Part shown: positions 12,075 to 25,103 of the stretch, piece by piece | Layout of the letters: each line of letters begins with the position of its first letter | How positions within the stretch are numbered: position 1 is the stretch's first letter | Source of the DNA: Octopus bimaculoides | Lineage: Eukaryota | Direction of reading: 5' to 3' | DNA length: 52,027 nt | NCBI RefSeq assembly: GCF_001194135.2 | Contig: NC_068986.1 | Coordinates: forward strand, 90,898,019-90,950,045 | Position numbers and translations under genes: made by a program | Notes under the pieces: model-generated | What the model was told of the DNA's origin: nothing | What the model saw: only the letters and a program-made list of their open reading frames with translations | Databases searched by the model: none

Positions 12075-12570
12075 TTCTTTCTCCAAAGGTGAATTATTCA
12101 AACCCCAAAGAATTCCTCCCAACAAATAGCTATGGTGCTCTCCAACTATTTCTGCTCATGATCAGAGCTGCACAAATCATCAGCCACTAAGGAATATGCT
12201 CAACCGGTTACAGTCAAACAACTGACAAGCAAATCTGTGGTATTGAGCAGAATATTTGTCACGGCCCATCTTTTATACTAAAACAAAACATGTATATGAT
12301 AACACTTCCAATCAGTTAAGATCAGAAGCATTCTGTCTGGAACACCAACAATTCTGCCAGCTCACAGCTTTAATAATAATAATACTAATAATACTAATAC
12401 TAATAATAATAATAATAATCCTTTCTACTACAGATACAGGGCTTGAAATTTTGGAGGAGGGAGCTAATTAAACTACATCAACTGCAAGTAAAACAAAACA
12501 TGTACATGATAACACTTCCAATCAGTTAAGATCAGAAGCCATGAGAGCCTGCCTCTGGTATTGCATCAGG
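12075..12570 (-). repeat. dispersed repeat family (longer copy at ~39284-39830); this copy has a 51-bp direct duplication (12279-12329 / 12489-12539) around a SINE fragment
   Basis: Shared tract gaattattcaaaccccaaagaa...gacaagcaaatctgtggtattgagcagaatattt...aacacttccaatcagttaagatcagaagccatgagag. Strand is tentative. Confidence 0.7.
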
Positions 12571-12689
12571 GTATTTATTATCATTATTTGTTGCTATTGC
12601 AGTGTTTAATCTCATAGCATAAGTATGTTTGGCAATCATTTTGGATGTGAAAGTGTAGTGTGCTTAAAAACATTTTCTGAAGATTTTAA

Positions 12690-13115
12690 AATAAATCTCA
12701 TGTTGTTTTTCTCTGTTTCTGCACATAAAGGAAGGCTTTCATTACATGATAGTAGGTTATTTTTACAAGTTTTTTTAAAGAAAAATTAATTTAATAATGC
12801 TTGAATGAAACCTGTCTCAAAAAGAGAAGAAAATAACATCTACACACAATGCAAGCCAAATTTAATAATAAAAACAACAGCAACTATAGGCATATGTTCT
12901 AGAGATTTTAAAACAAAAACAAATCTATTTCATGTTGATTTTCTCTTTTCCTGCACATAAAGGAAGGCTTTCCTTACAAGACAGTAAGTTATTTTTACAA
13001 GTTTTTTTAAAGAAAAATTAATTTAATAATGCTTGAATGAAATGTGTCTCAGAAAGAGAAGAAAATAATATCTACACACAATGCAAGCCAAATTTAATAA
13101 TAAAAACAACAGAAA
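12690..13115. repeat. ~230-bp tandem duplication; single copy of the same sequence at ~40750-40955
   Basis: ctgcacataaaggaaggcttt...aagaaaaattaatttaataatgcttgaatgaaa...ctacacacaatgcaagccaaatttaataataaaaacaacag occurs twice in tandem. Confidence 0.85.
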
Positions 13116-13890
13116 TAAACCTTTCTACTATAGGCACATGGCCTGAAATTTTGGTCAAGGAGGATAGACTATTAACATTGACCACAGTGCTTGACTGGCA
13201 TTTATTTCATAAACTTCCAAAGGATGAAAGACAAAGCTGACCTTAATGGAATTTAACCCTTTTGTTATTGTATTTATTTTGAGATGCTGTGTTTCTTTCA
13301 ATTACTTTAAATATAACAAAGAATTTAGTAAAATAACTTATTTATCATTCAGCCAGTGTTAGGAATATAAATTGTGACAAACGTTTGGTGGAAGATTTTA
13401 ATTCAAAACTTATGAAAACAAGACATTTGTACTCAGAGCCAGAACTGGTTTCAGCTGGGTTGGTAACGAAAGGGTTAAACTCAGCATGTAAAAACAGATG
13501 AAATGCCACAAGCATTTTGCTCAGCATGCTCATGATTCTACTAGCTCAACACCTTAACAACAATAATAATAATTTCTAATTTAGGTACAAGGCCAACAGT
13601 TTTGATGAGTGGATGTAAGCTGATGCCAATTTCCCCTGTACTGGAATGCTACTTTACTCTATCTAGCACTGGAAGGTTAGATAAAATGAAGGATTTGGCA
13701 GGATTTGAGCCTAAAGAGCTGGAAAATAGGTCTTTTCACTTAGGAGTGATGTTGAGCTAAACAACAACAAAAACACAGTAAAAAAAAAATATGTAAAATT
13801 CAACGCATCCATTAACTACAATCTCCAAAGCATAAAATTACTAGGCTTGACAATAGGATGCATTTCATAAACTGAATATATCAAACATAT

Positions 13891-13932
<42 letters not shown>

Positions 13933-14922
13933 CTACAATACATTGTAAGTACTAAAAACATGAGAAAATGTTGAAATGTGAGACAATGAGAACAACGTTA
14001 ATTGTAACTCTAGAAGGGTTTATTTCTTAAAAACATATGAAAATTGCTAATGACGTATGTATAACACAATACTGAAGATTTTCTGCTTACCAAAGAATAT
14101 CAAACATTTACATCGAAAAAGAAATTTAAGTTGTCATTATTTTTGAAATTGTTTCAGAGTTGCTAAAACACAGTAGATTATTTTTAAACCGTTTATCTGA
14201 GAAATGTATTGTACTAAAGAAGTGAATGCATTGTTAGGGACATATAATGTGCATATGTAACATGTCCATATTAGTGCAGATATCATAGATTGGCCAGTCT
14301 AAAAGTTCTGAGATTAGAAAGATGATACAAAGACAGGAATAGCATGGTACTGTGCAGGAGACGACCTGACCAACAAGCTGAAAAATGGGAAAGTGGATGC
14401 AAGAGTGATGATGAAGATGCTGATGATGACAATGACAACAATGCCAAAAATTTTGTTTGTTTTCTCAGTATTTTTGTAAATACAAATTCAACACGTAAGT
14501 CAGAAAGTATAGGATTGAAATAATTTTGTTTAAAGTAGAACTTACATAAACAGTTATGTTCCTATAGAAAGTTTAAAACAACGGAATCCAGAGTAAGTAT
14601 GTAATAGAGAGATTGTTTACGTGTTTGAATAGACCTCTCTGATAATAACCTATCTTGAATTGACTCTGGGTCAAGGATAAAAACAGCATATCTTAAAATG
14701 TTCATATTTAAATTAAAGCCTTCCAATTTTATGAAAGAAAATGTAATTCTCCAAAGATCAGAAAAATAATGGAAAAATTAGTTATTTCATTAAAAATACC
14801 TCAAACTTTTCAATATAACACACACACACACACAAACAAAATGTTGGAAATGGTCAGCAAAGAAAATGTTTCTGTCACTTGAAAGTATTCCTCCTTGTTG
14901 AAAATGTGGTATAAACCAAATC

Positions 14923-15846
14923 CTAAAATTTCTCTTCCATTTCAAAGACAGTTTTATCCCGAGTAAATATATTTACAAAACTTTTTCGAAATATTTTGTT
15001 GCAGAATCCATACACCATGGGATTTAAGGATGAATTTAGTATCCAAGTACGATATAAAACTACTTTCAAAATCTGCAACAAGTTAGAATCTTTGCAGAAT
15101 GGATACGAGACACAGAATAGTAGAGTTGGTGAAAAACTGACAAAATACAAAACAGAAATTGAGATAAGCACAATGTTTGTGCGATTGATTCGTTCATGTT
15201 CCGAAGTTTCTTCTTTAGTTTCTTTTTTCTTGAAATGCTTCTTGATCGTTTTCCGAACAAATGAATAAAGTACAGTCATGCTGAGGACAACGATACTGTG
15301 AATAATCAATGCTATGAGAGCATATAACCAGAGGAATGGTCTTCTGAAGTCACTATTACATATGATATAGATCATATGTTCATGAGAAACGGGAACACTA
15401 TCAGTGTATAAAACAGGTGGCAGGACAAATGCAAGTGCTGTAATGATTGTGAAAATCATAAGAGAAATGCACAGCTTTGGAGTAATTTGTATGCTAGATG
15501 GTTGACATATCCTTCTGAATCTTTCAATGGCAATTATAAGAAGAATGAGGGATGACATGATAGAACAGATGAAGATAACAAACTTGTATAATCTACACAA
15601 ATATTTTGATTGAATTGCTGGGTAAAGTTCAGCCATTTCCAGAGGCATTCCAAAGATACATCCAATGAGATCAATGACAGCTAGTAGAAGGATGAATGTT
15701 TCTACATTGCTTTTCTTGGATTGGCGTACATAAATATATACCACAAATATGTTACCTACAAGTCCCACAATTAGGAAAAAAGGTATGATACTAAAAACAA
15801 CTAATCTTGAAAGCAAAACAGGATCAGACAAATGGGTTGCATTCAT
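14923..15846 (-). CDS. intact intronless class A orphan GPCR, array copy 2 (307 aa)
   Basis: Seven hydrophobic helices: GN (TM1), LAVIDL (TM2), C..ERF (TM3), ECL2 Cys, SFSP (TM6), NSSLNPMVY (TM7), helix 8 FRKSF. Ends FEMEEKF*. Confidence 0.95.
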   Translation of the reverse strand: MNATHLSDPVLLSRLVVFSIIPFFLIVGLVGNIFVVYIYVRQSKKSNVETFILLLAVIDLIGCIFGMPLEMAELYPAIQSKYLCRLYKFVIFICSIMSSLILLIIAIERFRRICQPSSIQITPKLCISLMIFTIITALAFVLPPVLYTDSVPVSHEHMIYIICNSDFRRPFLWLYALIALIIHSIVVLSMTVLYSFVRKTIKKHFKKKETKEETSEHERINRTNIVLISISVLYFVSFSPTLLFCVSYPFCKDSNLLQILKVVLYRTWILNSSLNPMVYGFCNKIFRKSFVNIFTRDKTVFEMEEKF

Positions 15847-17690
15847 GTTGAAATAAATGTGTAGCTTCCAGTAAAGGATGTATAATATATATATGTTAAT
15901 TATTGAAATGTATATACGTGCATATGTTCATATATGTGTATAAATCTGTATAAAAGACTTGAGATGCAATAATTTCAGATATGTACTTGTAGGTAAGCAA
16001 CTTGATTAGTGCATTAACACCGTTTGTAATCCAAACTTGTATACTGGAGATGATATTTGTCTTGTTCTGTGCCTGCAGTTGAGTTCTTACACAAATACAA
16101 ATACAATGTGAAATAGCATCATCAGAGAGTGTTTTGTAATATTTTGTCTGATAAATTGCTTATATAGATCAACAGATTAATATACATCCTGTTTTATTTC
16201 ACTAATTAGATTGAAAGTAAATCATCACGACTCAAATATGTACAAAATTAAGAAACCTAAATGATAAGAACATTTTACAAAATTACATTGTTTAATGATG
16301 AATACTAGAAGCACAAATAGTACTGGATAAAAATTGTTGAGTTATTTCTTCACACTTTTTACATTCTAAGCCCAAACCTTGCTGAGGTCAACTTTGCCTT
16401 TTAAATCTTTATGATTGAGAGAATAAGGTACCAGTCAAGTACTGGGGCCAATGATATTGACTTACACCCTCCTCTTAAAACAACAGGCTTCATATCTAAA
16501 TCAGATTTCTCTATCAAATATAATACTTATTTATTCACATTCTTTTGAAATAGTCATGCTTGTAGCTTTTAGGTTTCAGTCTCTTTTATTATTATTAATA
16601 TTACTATTATTAATTCCTTTATCGTCATTGTTGTCATCATTACTATTATTCAAATATGAATAAGAAGCAGCTTGAAGGATATAAACAATATCAAACAGAC
16701 ATACACAATGTATTTTTCTAGTTTGGGTGCCCGCTGCAATTTATAGGCATAAGAGAGTATATTCTCATCAATTTGTCTGATGTTAAAACACCTGGAAATC
16801 ACAGACTATGACTCCCAGGTGAATTTAGGCAAATTGATGAGAATATACTCTCTTATGNNNNNNNNNNNNNNNNNNNNNNNNNNNNNNNNNNNNNNNNNNN
16901 NNNNNNNNNNNNNNNNNNNNNNNNNNNNNNNNNNNNNNNNNNNNNNNNNNNNNNNNNNNNNNNNNNNNNNNNNNNNNNNNNNNNNNNNNNNNNNNNNNNN
17001 NNNNNNNNNNNNNNNNNNNNNNNNNNNNNNNNNNNNNNNNNNNNNNNNNNNNNNNNNNNNNNNNNNNNNNNNNNNNNNNNNNNNNNNNNNNNNNNNNNNN
17101 NNNNNNNNNNNNNNNNNNNNNNNNNNNNNNNNNNNNNNNNNNNNNNNNNNNNNNNNNNNNNNNNNNNNNNNNNNNNNNNNNNNNNNNNNNNNNNNNNNNN
17201 NNNNNNNNNNNNNNNNNNNNNNNNNNNNNNNNNNNNNNNNNNNNNNNNNNNNNNNNNNNNNNNNNNNNNNNNNNNNNNNNNNNNNNNNNNNNNNNNNNNN
17301 NNNNNNNNNNNNNNNNNNNNNNNNNNNNNNNNNNNNNNNNNNNNNNNNNNNNNNNNNNNNNNNNNNNNNNNNNNNNNNNNNNNNNNNNNNNNNNNNNNNN
17401 NNNNNNNNNNNNNNNNNNNNNNNNNNNNNNNNNNNNNNNNNNNNNNNNNNNNNNNNNNNNNNNNNNNNNNNNNNNNNNNNNNNNNNNNNNNNNNNNNNNN
17501 NNNNNNNNNNNNNNNNNNNNNNNNNNNNNNNNNNNNNNNNNNNNNNNNNNNNNNNNNNNNNNNNNNNNNNNNNNNNNNNNNNNNNNNNNNNNNNNNNNNN
17601 NNNNNNNNNNNNNNGACGTTAAACGATGATGATGATGATGATGATGATACATACATACATATACTCTTTTACTCTTTTATTTGTTTTACA

Positions 17691-17743
17691 AAAACAGCTA
17701 ATCTTGAAAGCAAAACAGGATCAGACAAATGGGTTGCATTCAT
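17691..17743 (-). pseudogene. 5' stub of a GPCR copy (MNATHLSDPVLLSRLAV); its upstream region continues at 17744-17830 and 18830-19445
   Basis: Exact paralog start sequence that breaks off into tactcttttactcttttatttg. Confidence 0.85.
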
Positions 17744-17982
17744 GTTGAAACAAGTATGTAGTTTCTAGTTTAGTCAGTATAATGTATATATGTTGATATG
17801 CATATATGTCTGTGTATGTATATATATATATATATACAGACACAGTTGGACTCCCGTTTGGAGCCTGTGAAACTTGAAGTAGCATGGAACAAAATCAAAC
17901 TGTTTCAAACAATACACTAAATGTGTTGACTGTCCTTTTCTTTCATCTGTCAACTACCCATATATATATATATATATATATA

Positions 17983-18297
17983 TCATCATCATCATCATCA
18001 TCATCGTTTAACGTCCGCTTTCCATGCTAGCATGGGTTGGGACGATTTGACAGAGGACTGGTGAAACCAGATGGCTAAACCAGGCTCCAATCTGATTTGG
18101 CAGAGTTTCTACAGCTGGATGCCCTTCCTAACGCCAACCACTCCGAGAGTGTAGTGGGTGCTTTTACGTGCCACCGGCACGAAGGCCAGTCAGGCGTTAT
18201 TGGCAACGGCCATGCTCAAAATGGTGTATTTTATGTGCCACCAGCACAAGAGCCAGTCCAGGGGCACTGGCAACAATCTCGCTCAAAAGTCCTTACA
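17983..18297 (-). mobile_element. SINE / RTE-derived 3' tail element ending in (ATG)n; other copies at ~46005-46270, 47290-47595, 48895-49100
   Basis: catcatcatcgtttaacgtccgctttccatgctagcatgggttgg...ggcagagtttctacagctggatgcccttcctaacgccaacc; recurrent family in this window. Confidence 0.75.
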
Positions 18298-18700
18298 CNN
18301 NNNNNNNNNNNNNNNNNNNNNNNNNNNNNNNNNNNNNNNNNNNNNNNNNNNNNNNNNNNNNNNNNNNNNNNNNNNNNNNNNNNNNNNNNNNNNNNNNNNN
18401 NNNNNNNNNNNNNNNNNNNNNNNNNNNNNNNNNNNNNNNNNNNNNNNNNNNNNNNNNNNNNNNNNNNNNNNNNNNNNNNNNNNNNNNNNNNNNNNNNNNN
18501 NNNNNNNNNNNNNNNNNNNNNNNNNNNNNNNNNNNNNNNNNNNNNNNNNNNNNNNNNNNNNNNNNNNNNNNNNNNNNNNNNNNNNNNNNNNNNNNNNNNN
18601 NNNNNNNNNNNNNNNNNNNNNNNNNNNNNNNNNNNNNNNNNNNNNNNNNNNNNNNNNNNNNNNNNNNNNNNNNNNNNNNNNNNNNNNNNNNNNNNNNNNN

Positions 18701-18736
<36 letters not shown>

Positions 18737-19449
18737 TACATATCCTTTGTTCCCAAGCATTAAACTAACACATCTGCTTGTTGTTCCTACACCTGTCTTT
18801 GTGTTTTGCTTTCTGCAAATTTGAACTATATGTATTTATTTATCTGTATAAAACACTAATGGTACATTACTTTCAGATACGTAGTTGTAGGCAATGAAGT
18901 TGATTAGTGCATTAACATCATTTGTAATCCAAAGTTGTATACTGGGGATGATATTTGTTTTGTTTTGTTCTTGCAGTTGAATTCTTACACAAATACAATT
19001 ACAATGTGAAGTAAACATCCAGGAAGAGCTATCAATGTAATACACAATAGCTTGTGTCATATTCTGCTTGTAGAAAATTACAGATTAATATACATCCTAC
19101 TTAGTTGAACTTAACAGATTCACCTTACAATCCAGTATCACAATATTGGACAAAATTAGGAAACTTAAGTAGGAAAGATAATTCAAACACTTACATTTGT
19201 GCAATTTGATTTAATATTGGAGCTTTATTGTGGCACAAGTGGTGACCCTAATCACACAATGGACTGTAATGACAACCTCACCAGTGAGGTGTGGTTCATA
19301 GCAATGGAAAAGCAGACAACATTCAGAGGAATATGTACAGCAATATCTAGCTGCACAAGGGAAAAAAATCACTTGCATTAGATAGTTTACTCTATTGGTT
19401 TTATACATTTATATGCCAGACTTGTTTGGTGAACTTTTGGCAGGTATAT

Positions 19450-20010
19450 GGTTGCTTTGTCATATTCTGAGCCCTTTTCTGGGATATGCCTATACAGTCT
19501 TTTCTCTGTTGTCATTCCATAGTGAGGGCATAGCTTTCCATGATCGTAGGTCCCAAATCAGTCATGTCTGTGGATATATTTCTTCTTAGCCAGGACTGGG
19601 CAGCCAGAGTAAATATGATTTATTGTTTCTTCCCCATCACCATATACTCTGAAATTCCTTATTGTATTTTTCTTCATTATGTATTTTTGGTGATTTCTGA
19701 TGGGGAGGCTTTCATCCTGTGCCACAATTGAAAACTCTACAATCTCTGCTTTGAGTCCTGAGCTTCCCAACCAGTGTTGGGGTTTTATTTTACTATTTCT
19801 TTTCTGTTTGACTTATGCCAGTATTTGTTATGGAAGGGCTTTCTTGCCATTGTTTTATCACATTTTGTAGTTCCAGTTTTAGTTGTGATTTTTGTTGCTT
19901 AACAGCTTTTGTTGTTTATTTTCTTTCAGTTATCTGGCATTATGACCTCTTTGTAGCATATTCAATTTTTTTAGTTTTGATCCTCTTTTGCAGCTCTTTG
20001 TAACAGTTTT
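19450..20010 (-). mobile_element. R4/Dong-like fragment (post-RT zinc-knuckle region)
   Basis: GSSGLKAE....VAQD.SL..RN...FRVYGDGEETINHIYSGCPVLAKKKYIHRHD, a decayed CCHC motif typical of R2/R4-group elements. Confidence 0.75.
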
Positions 20011-21893
20011 CCATGGCTCTTTTTCAAGCCATCCTTAAATACAATCTCCAAAACATAAAATTACTGGGCTCAGCACATTTACAAACAGGATCTGTTCCAT
20101 AAATTGAATATATCAAGAATCTTAACACTCTTCTTTTACAGTTGCATTGTATGGACATGTTACCTGTGCATTGTATGGACATGTTATCTGTGCATGTTAC
20201 CTAACAATGCATTCACTTCTCTTGGACACTAAACAGGTAAAGAATTTAAAATTAATATGCTAGGTTTTCAACAATTCTCAATTAATTTCAAAGGCAACAG
20301 TAACTTAAGATAACTCCCATTATGATGATGATGCTAGTAAAAATAATAAAAGTGTTAGTATCTAATATATGCACAAGGCTAGTAGTTTTCAGGCAAATCA
20401 GCAAACTGATGCCGTGGACACAAATACTTAAAACCCTGGAAGGATGAAAAGTAAAATCGACCATGATAGGATTTGAAATTTGAACTTAAAAGGCTTGAAA
20501 AAATAAGTCTTCTCAATTGGGAGTGATGTTGGGTTAAGCAACAAACAACACAGGTAAAGAAATATGTAAATTTCAACACATCCATTGACTATAATCTTCA
20601 GAACATAAAATTACTATGCTCAACACATTTACGAACAAGAAGTGTTCCATAAATTGAATATATCAAACATGTTAATACACACACACAAATAAAATGCATT
20701 GTATGTACCAAAGACAGAAAATGTTGAAAAGTGAAACAATGGTAATAATGTTGATCACAACTCTAGAAGGGTTTATTTCTTAAATAAGTATAAAAGTTGC
20801 TAATGATGTATGTAAAATACAAGATTGAAGAGTTGGTGGGTTTAACAATAATTTTCTGCTCAGCAAAGAACATTAAACGCTTTCCTAGAAAGAGAAATTT
20901 AAGTTCTTGTTTTTGAAATTGTTTCAAAATTACTAAAAACATAGCAGATGAATTTTAACCCTTTAGCATGTATAATGGGGATATTCAGTCACAATATTTA
21001 ACCTGTTTTATGTTCAAACTTGCCAGATCAGGCCTCTCACATTAACCCTACAATATCATTCTAAAAATTAAGTTACCTCATCAAAATCTCAAAGCTATAA
21101 GATAATGATTAATTAAAAATAATGTGAATAACTAAGCATTACATTTGACAGAATAATGTGAATGCTAAAGGGTTAAATCCTTTATCTGACAAAATAGGTG
21201 AATGCATTATTAGGGACATAGAATGTGCATAGGTCACTACCAGTGCAGATATCAAAGGAATATCATGAGATCCACATAGATTGGCCAGTCTAAAATTTCT
21301 GAGACTTAGAAAGATGATACAGAAAGAGGAATAGCATGGTTATGTATTGGAGAAGAGCTGACTAACAAGCTGAAGTATGGGAATGTGGATGTAAGAGTGA
21401 TGAAGATGATGATAACGACAGTGACAAAAACAACAAAAATTTCTATTCTGCATACAAGGTCAGACATTATGAGGCAGGAGATGTAAAATGATGACATTAG
21501 TCCCAGTTTTTGAATAGTTTGTCATTTTATGAAAACTGGGAAGTTCACCTAGGGAGAAGATGAAATCGGATCCTAACGAGCAGGGGAAAAAATGTCTTCT
21601 CAATTAGTAATGATGTAGGGATAAACAAAAAAAAAAAAAAAAACACAGCAAAACAAATACGAGAAATTCCAGCCATCCTTTAAATACAATCTCCAAAACA
21701 TAACATTACAAGGATCAGCATATTTACAAACAGGATTCATTCCATAAAGTCAATATATCAAACATAGTAACACACTTCTTTCATGACTTCACTGGTATGA
21801 AAATGATTTTCAGCAATTCTGAAACAATTTCAAAACCAATTACAACTTAGATTTCTTGTATGCTGATCGCCATGATGATAATGATGATGATGG

Positions 21894-21973
<80 letters not shown>

Positions 21974-22279
21974 ATGATGATAACAACAATAATAATTTCT
22001 AATTTAGGTATAAGGCCAAAATTTCAAAGGGGAGGAAGCAAACTGATACCATAAACACAACTCCTTGAATGGTACTTCATTTTATCAAAGCCTGTGAGAT
22101 GAAATCAGATCCTCAAGAGCAGGAAAAAAGATATCATCTCAATTCGTAGTGAGGTGGTGATAAACAACAAAAAACCATAACAAAACTAACATCAAAAATT
22201 TAAGCCATCCTTTAAATACAACCTCAAAACCATAAAATTGCTGGGCTCAAAACATTTACAAACAAGCTTTAGCAGTTCT

Positions 22280-22480
22280 TATTTCTTTACTGCCCACAAG
22301 GGACTACACACAGAGGGGACAAACAAGGACAGACAAATGGATTAAGTCGATTATATCGACCCCAGTGCGTAACTGGTACTTATTTAATCGACCTCCGTGG
22401 AATTTGAACTTGGCAAACGAAATACCACTAGGCATTTCGCCAGGCGTGCTAACGCTTCTGCCAGCTCGCCGCCTTAAACT
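22280..22480 (-). mobile_element. young tRNA-derived SINE with 16-bp target-site duplication
   Basis: Minus strand ggcggcgagctggcagaagcg (A-box-like) ... gttcaaattcc (B-box-like). TSD aagctttagcagttct at 22264-22279 and 22481-22496. Confidence 0.88.
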
Positions 22481-22530
22481 AAGCTTTAGCAGTTCTGAAA
22501 CAACTTCCAAAATATTAACAACTTGAATTT

Positions 22531-22614
<84 letters not shown>

Positions 22615-23352
22615 NNNNNNNNNNNNNNNNNNNNNNNNNNNNNNNNNNNNNNNNNNNNNNNNNNNNNNNNNNNNNNNNNNNNNNNNNNNNNNNNNNNNNN
22701 NNNNNNNNNNNNNNNNNNNNNNNNNNNNNNNNNNNNNNNNNNNNNNNNNNNNNNNNNNNNNNNNNNNNNNNNNNNNNNNNNNNNNNNNNNNNNNNNNNNN
22801 NNNNNNNNNNNNNNNNNNNNNNNNNNNNNNNNNNNNNNNNNNNNNNNNNNNNNNNNNNNNNNNNNNNNNNNNNNNNNNNNNNNNNNNNNNNNNNNNNNNN
22901 NNNNNNNNNNNNNNNNNNNNNNNNNNNNNNNNNNNNNNNNNNNNNNNNNNNNNNNNNNNNNNNNNNNNNNNNNNNNNNNNNNNNNNNNNNNNNNNNNNNN
23001 NNNNNNNNNNNNNNNNNNNNNNNNNNNNNNNNNNNNNNNNNNNNNNNNNNNNNNNNNNNNNNNNNNNNNNNNNNNNNNNNNNNNNNNNNNNNNNNNNNNN
23101 NNNNNNNNNNNNNNNNNNNNNNNNNNNNNNNNNNNNNNNNNNNNNNNNNNNNNNNNNNNNNNNNNNNNNNNNNNNNNNNNNNNNNNNNNNNNNNNNNNNN
23201 NNNNNNNNNNNNNNNNNNNNNNNNNNNNNNNNNNNNNNNNNNNNNNNNNNNNNNNNNNNNNNNNNNNNNNNNNNNNNNNNNNNNNNNNNNNNNNNNNNNN
23301 NNNNNNNNNNNNNNNNNNNNNNNNNNNNNNNNNNNNNNNNNNNNNNNNNNNN

Positions 23353-23440
<88 letters not shown>

Positions 23441-23912
23441 CGACGACGACAGCAACAATTTTCTTTTACTTTCCAGTATTCTTCAAATGTAAATCTAAAT
23501 TGTAATTCAGAAACTGTGGGAACCAAATTATTTTGAGTTTAAAGTAGAACTTACATAAACAGTTATGTTCCCATAAAAGGTATAAAACAACAGAAACTAG
23601 TGTAAATATGTTATAGAGAAAATGTTCAGCTGTACAAATTGACCTTTTTCATACTAATCTATCTTAGACTGACTCTGGGTCAAGGATACAAGCAGCGTAT
23701 CTTAAAATGTTCAGATTTAAATTAAAACATTCCAATTTTATGAAAGAAAATATAATTCTCTTAAAAATGGAAAAGGTAGTTATTTCACTAAACACCTCAA
23801 TCCTTGAGTTATTTTCAGTCTAGTGCATTTGCTATGAAATGGTAAGCAAAGGAAACGTTTCTGCTACTTGAAAGTATTCCTTGATGTTAAAAAGTGTGGT
23901 GTAAACCAAATC

Positions 23913-24836
23913 TTAAAATTTCTCCTCCATTTCAAAGACAATTTTACTCCTTGTAAATATATTTACAAAACTTTTGCGGAATATTTTGTTACAAAATCCA
24001 TACACCAAGGGATTTAAAGATGAATTTAGTATCCAAGTACGGTACAAAACTACTTTCAAAATCTGCAACAAGTTTGAATCTTTGAAGTAAGGGTATATGA
24101 CAATAATAACGAGGACTGGTGAAAAACTGACGAAAATCAAAATGGTGAGTGAAATAAGTACAGCGTTAGTGTGATTGATTTGTTCTTGTTTGCAAGCTGC
24201 TTCTTAACTTGGCTTTTTCTTGAAATGCTGAGTAATAGTCTTCTGAACAAGCAAATAAAGTACAGTCATGGTTAAGAAAAGTATAATGTAAAGAATTAAT
24301 GCTGCTAGAACATATGACCAGGCAGTTGACCTTCTAAGGTCACAGCCACATATCATATATATCTTATTTTCATGGGTAAAGGGAAATCCTTCATAGTAAA
24401 ACAGAACTGGCAGCACCAATGCAACTGATGTTACAGTTATGAAAATAATAAGAGTTTGCCGTAGTTTTGGAGTAATTTGTTTGCCATGTGGACAACAAAC
24501 TTTTCTGAGTCTTTCAACAGCAATAGTAAACAGAATCAAGGATGACATGGCAGTACAGATGAAGACAACAAACTTGTATAGTTTGCAGAAATATTTTGAT
24601 TGTATTGCCAGGTAGAGTTCAGCCATTTCCAGAGGCATTCCAAAAACATATCCAATAAGATCAGTAACAGATAGTACAAGGATGAATGTTTCTACATTGC
24701 TTTTCTGGGACTGTCGTGCATAAATATATATCACAGAGATGTAACTTATGAGTCCTACAATTAGGAATAAAGGTATGATACTAAAAACAACTAATCTTGA
24801 AAATATAACAGGATCAGACAAATGGGTGGCATTCAT
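23913..24836 (-). pseudogene. GPCR array copy with a single in-frame TAA at 24204-24206
   Basis: The 924-nt span equals that of intact paralogs. The frame continues after the stop (EAACKQEQINHTNAVLISLTILIFVSFSP...NPLVY...FEMEEKF). TM1 GN is changed to SY. Confidence 0.88.
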
Positions 24837-25103
24837 GTTGAAACACGTGTGCAGTTTCCAGTTTCATAAGTACAATGTATATATGTTGATTGTTGATTAT
24901 ATATATATATATNNNNNNNNNNNNNNNNNNNNNNNNNNNNNNNNNNNNNNNNNNNNNNNNNNNNNNNNNNNNNNNNNNNNNNNNNNNNNNNATATATAGC
25001 TTTCTGTTTGTATATATATATATATATATATCTTTCTGTTTGTATGTATGTATATATGCTTTCAGTGTGAATGGTCTGTTTGTATGTATGTATTATATAT
25101 ATA

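Noticed and set aside
14996-15268. Recurrent antisense and alternate-frame ORFs over GPCRs (also 37421, 42102, 2608, 28507, 37872, 42574)
   Set aside because: Shadows of the conserved GPCR frame; lengths and stops are inconsistent among paralogs.
21860-22054. Poly-Met, poly-Leu, poly-His or poly-Ile ORFs (also 8613, 8662, 22523, 50539, 50552)
   Set aside because: Translations of trinucleotide microsatellites.
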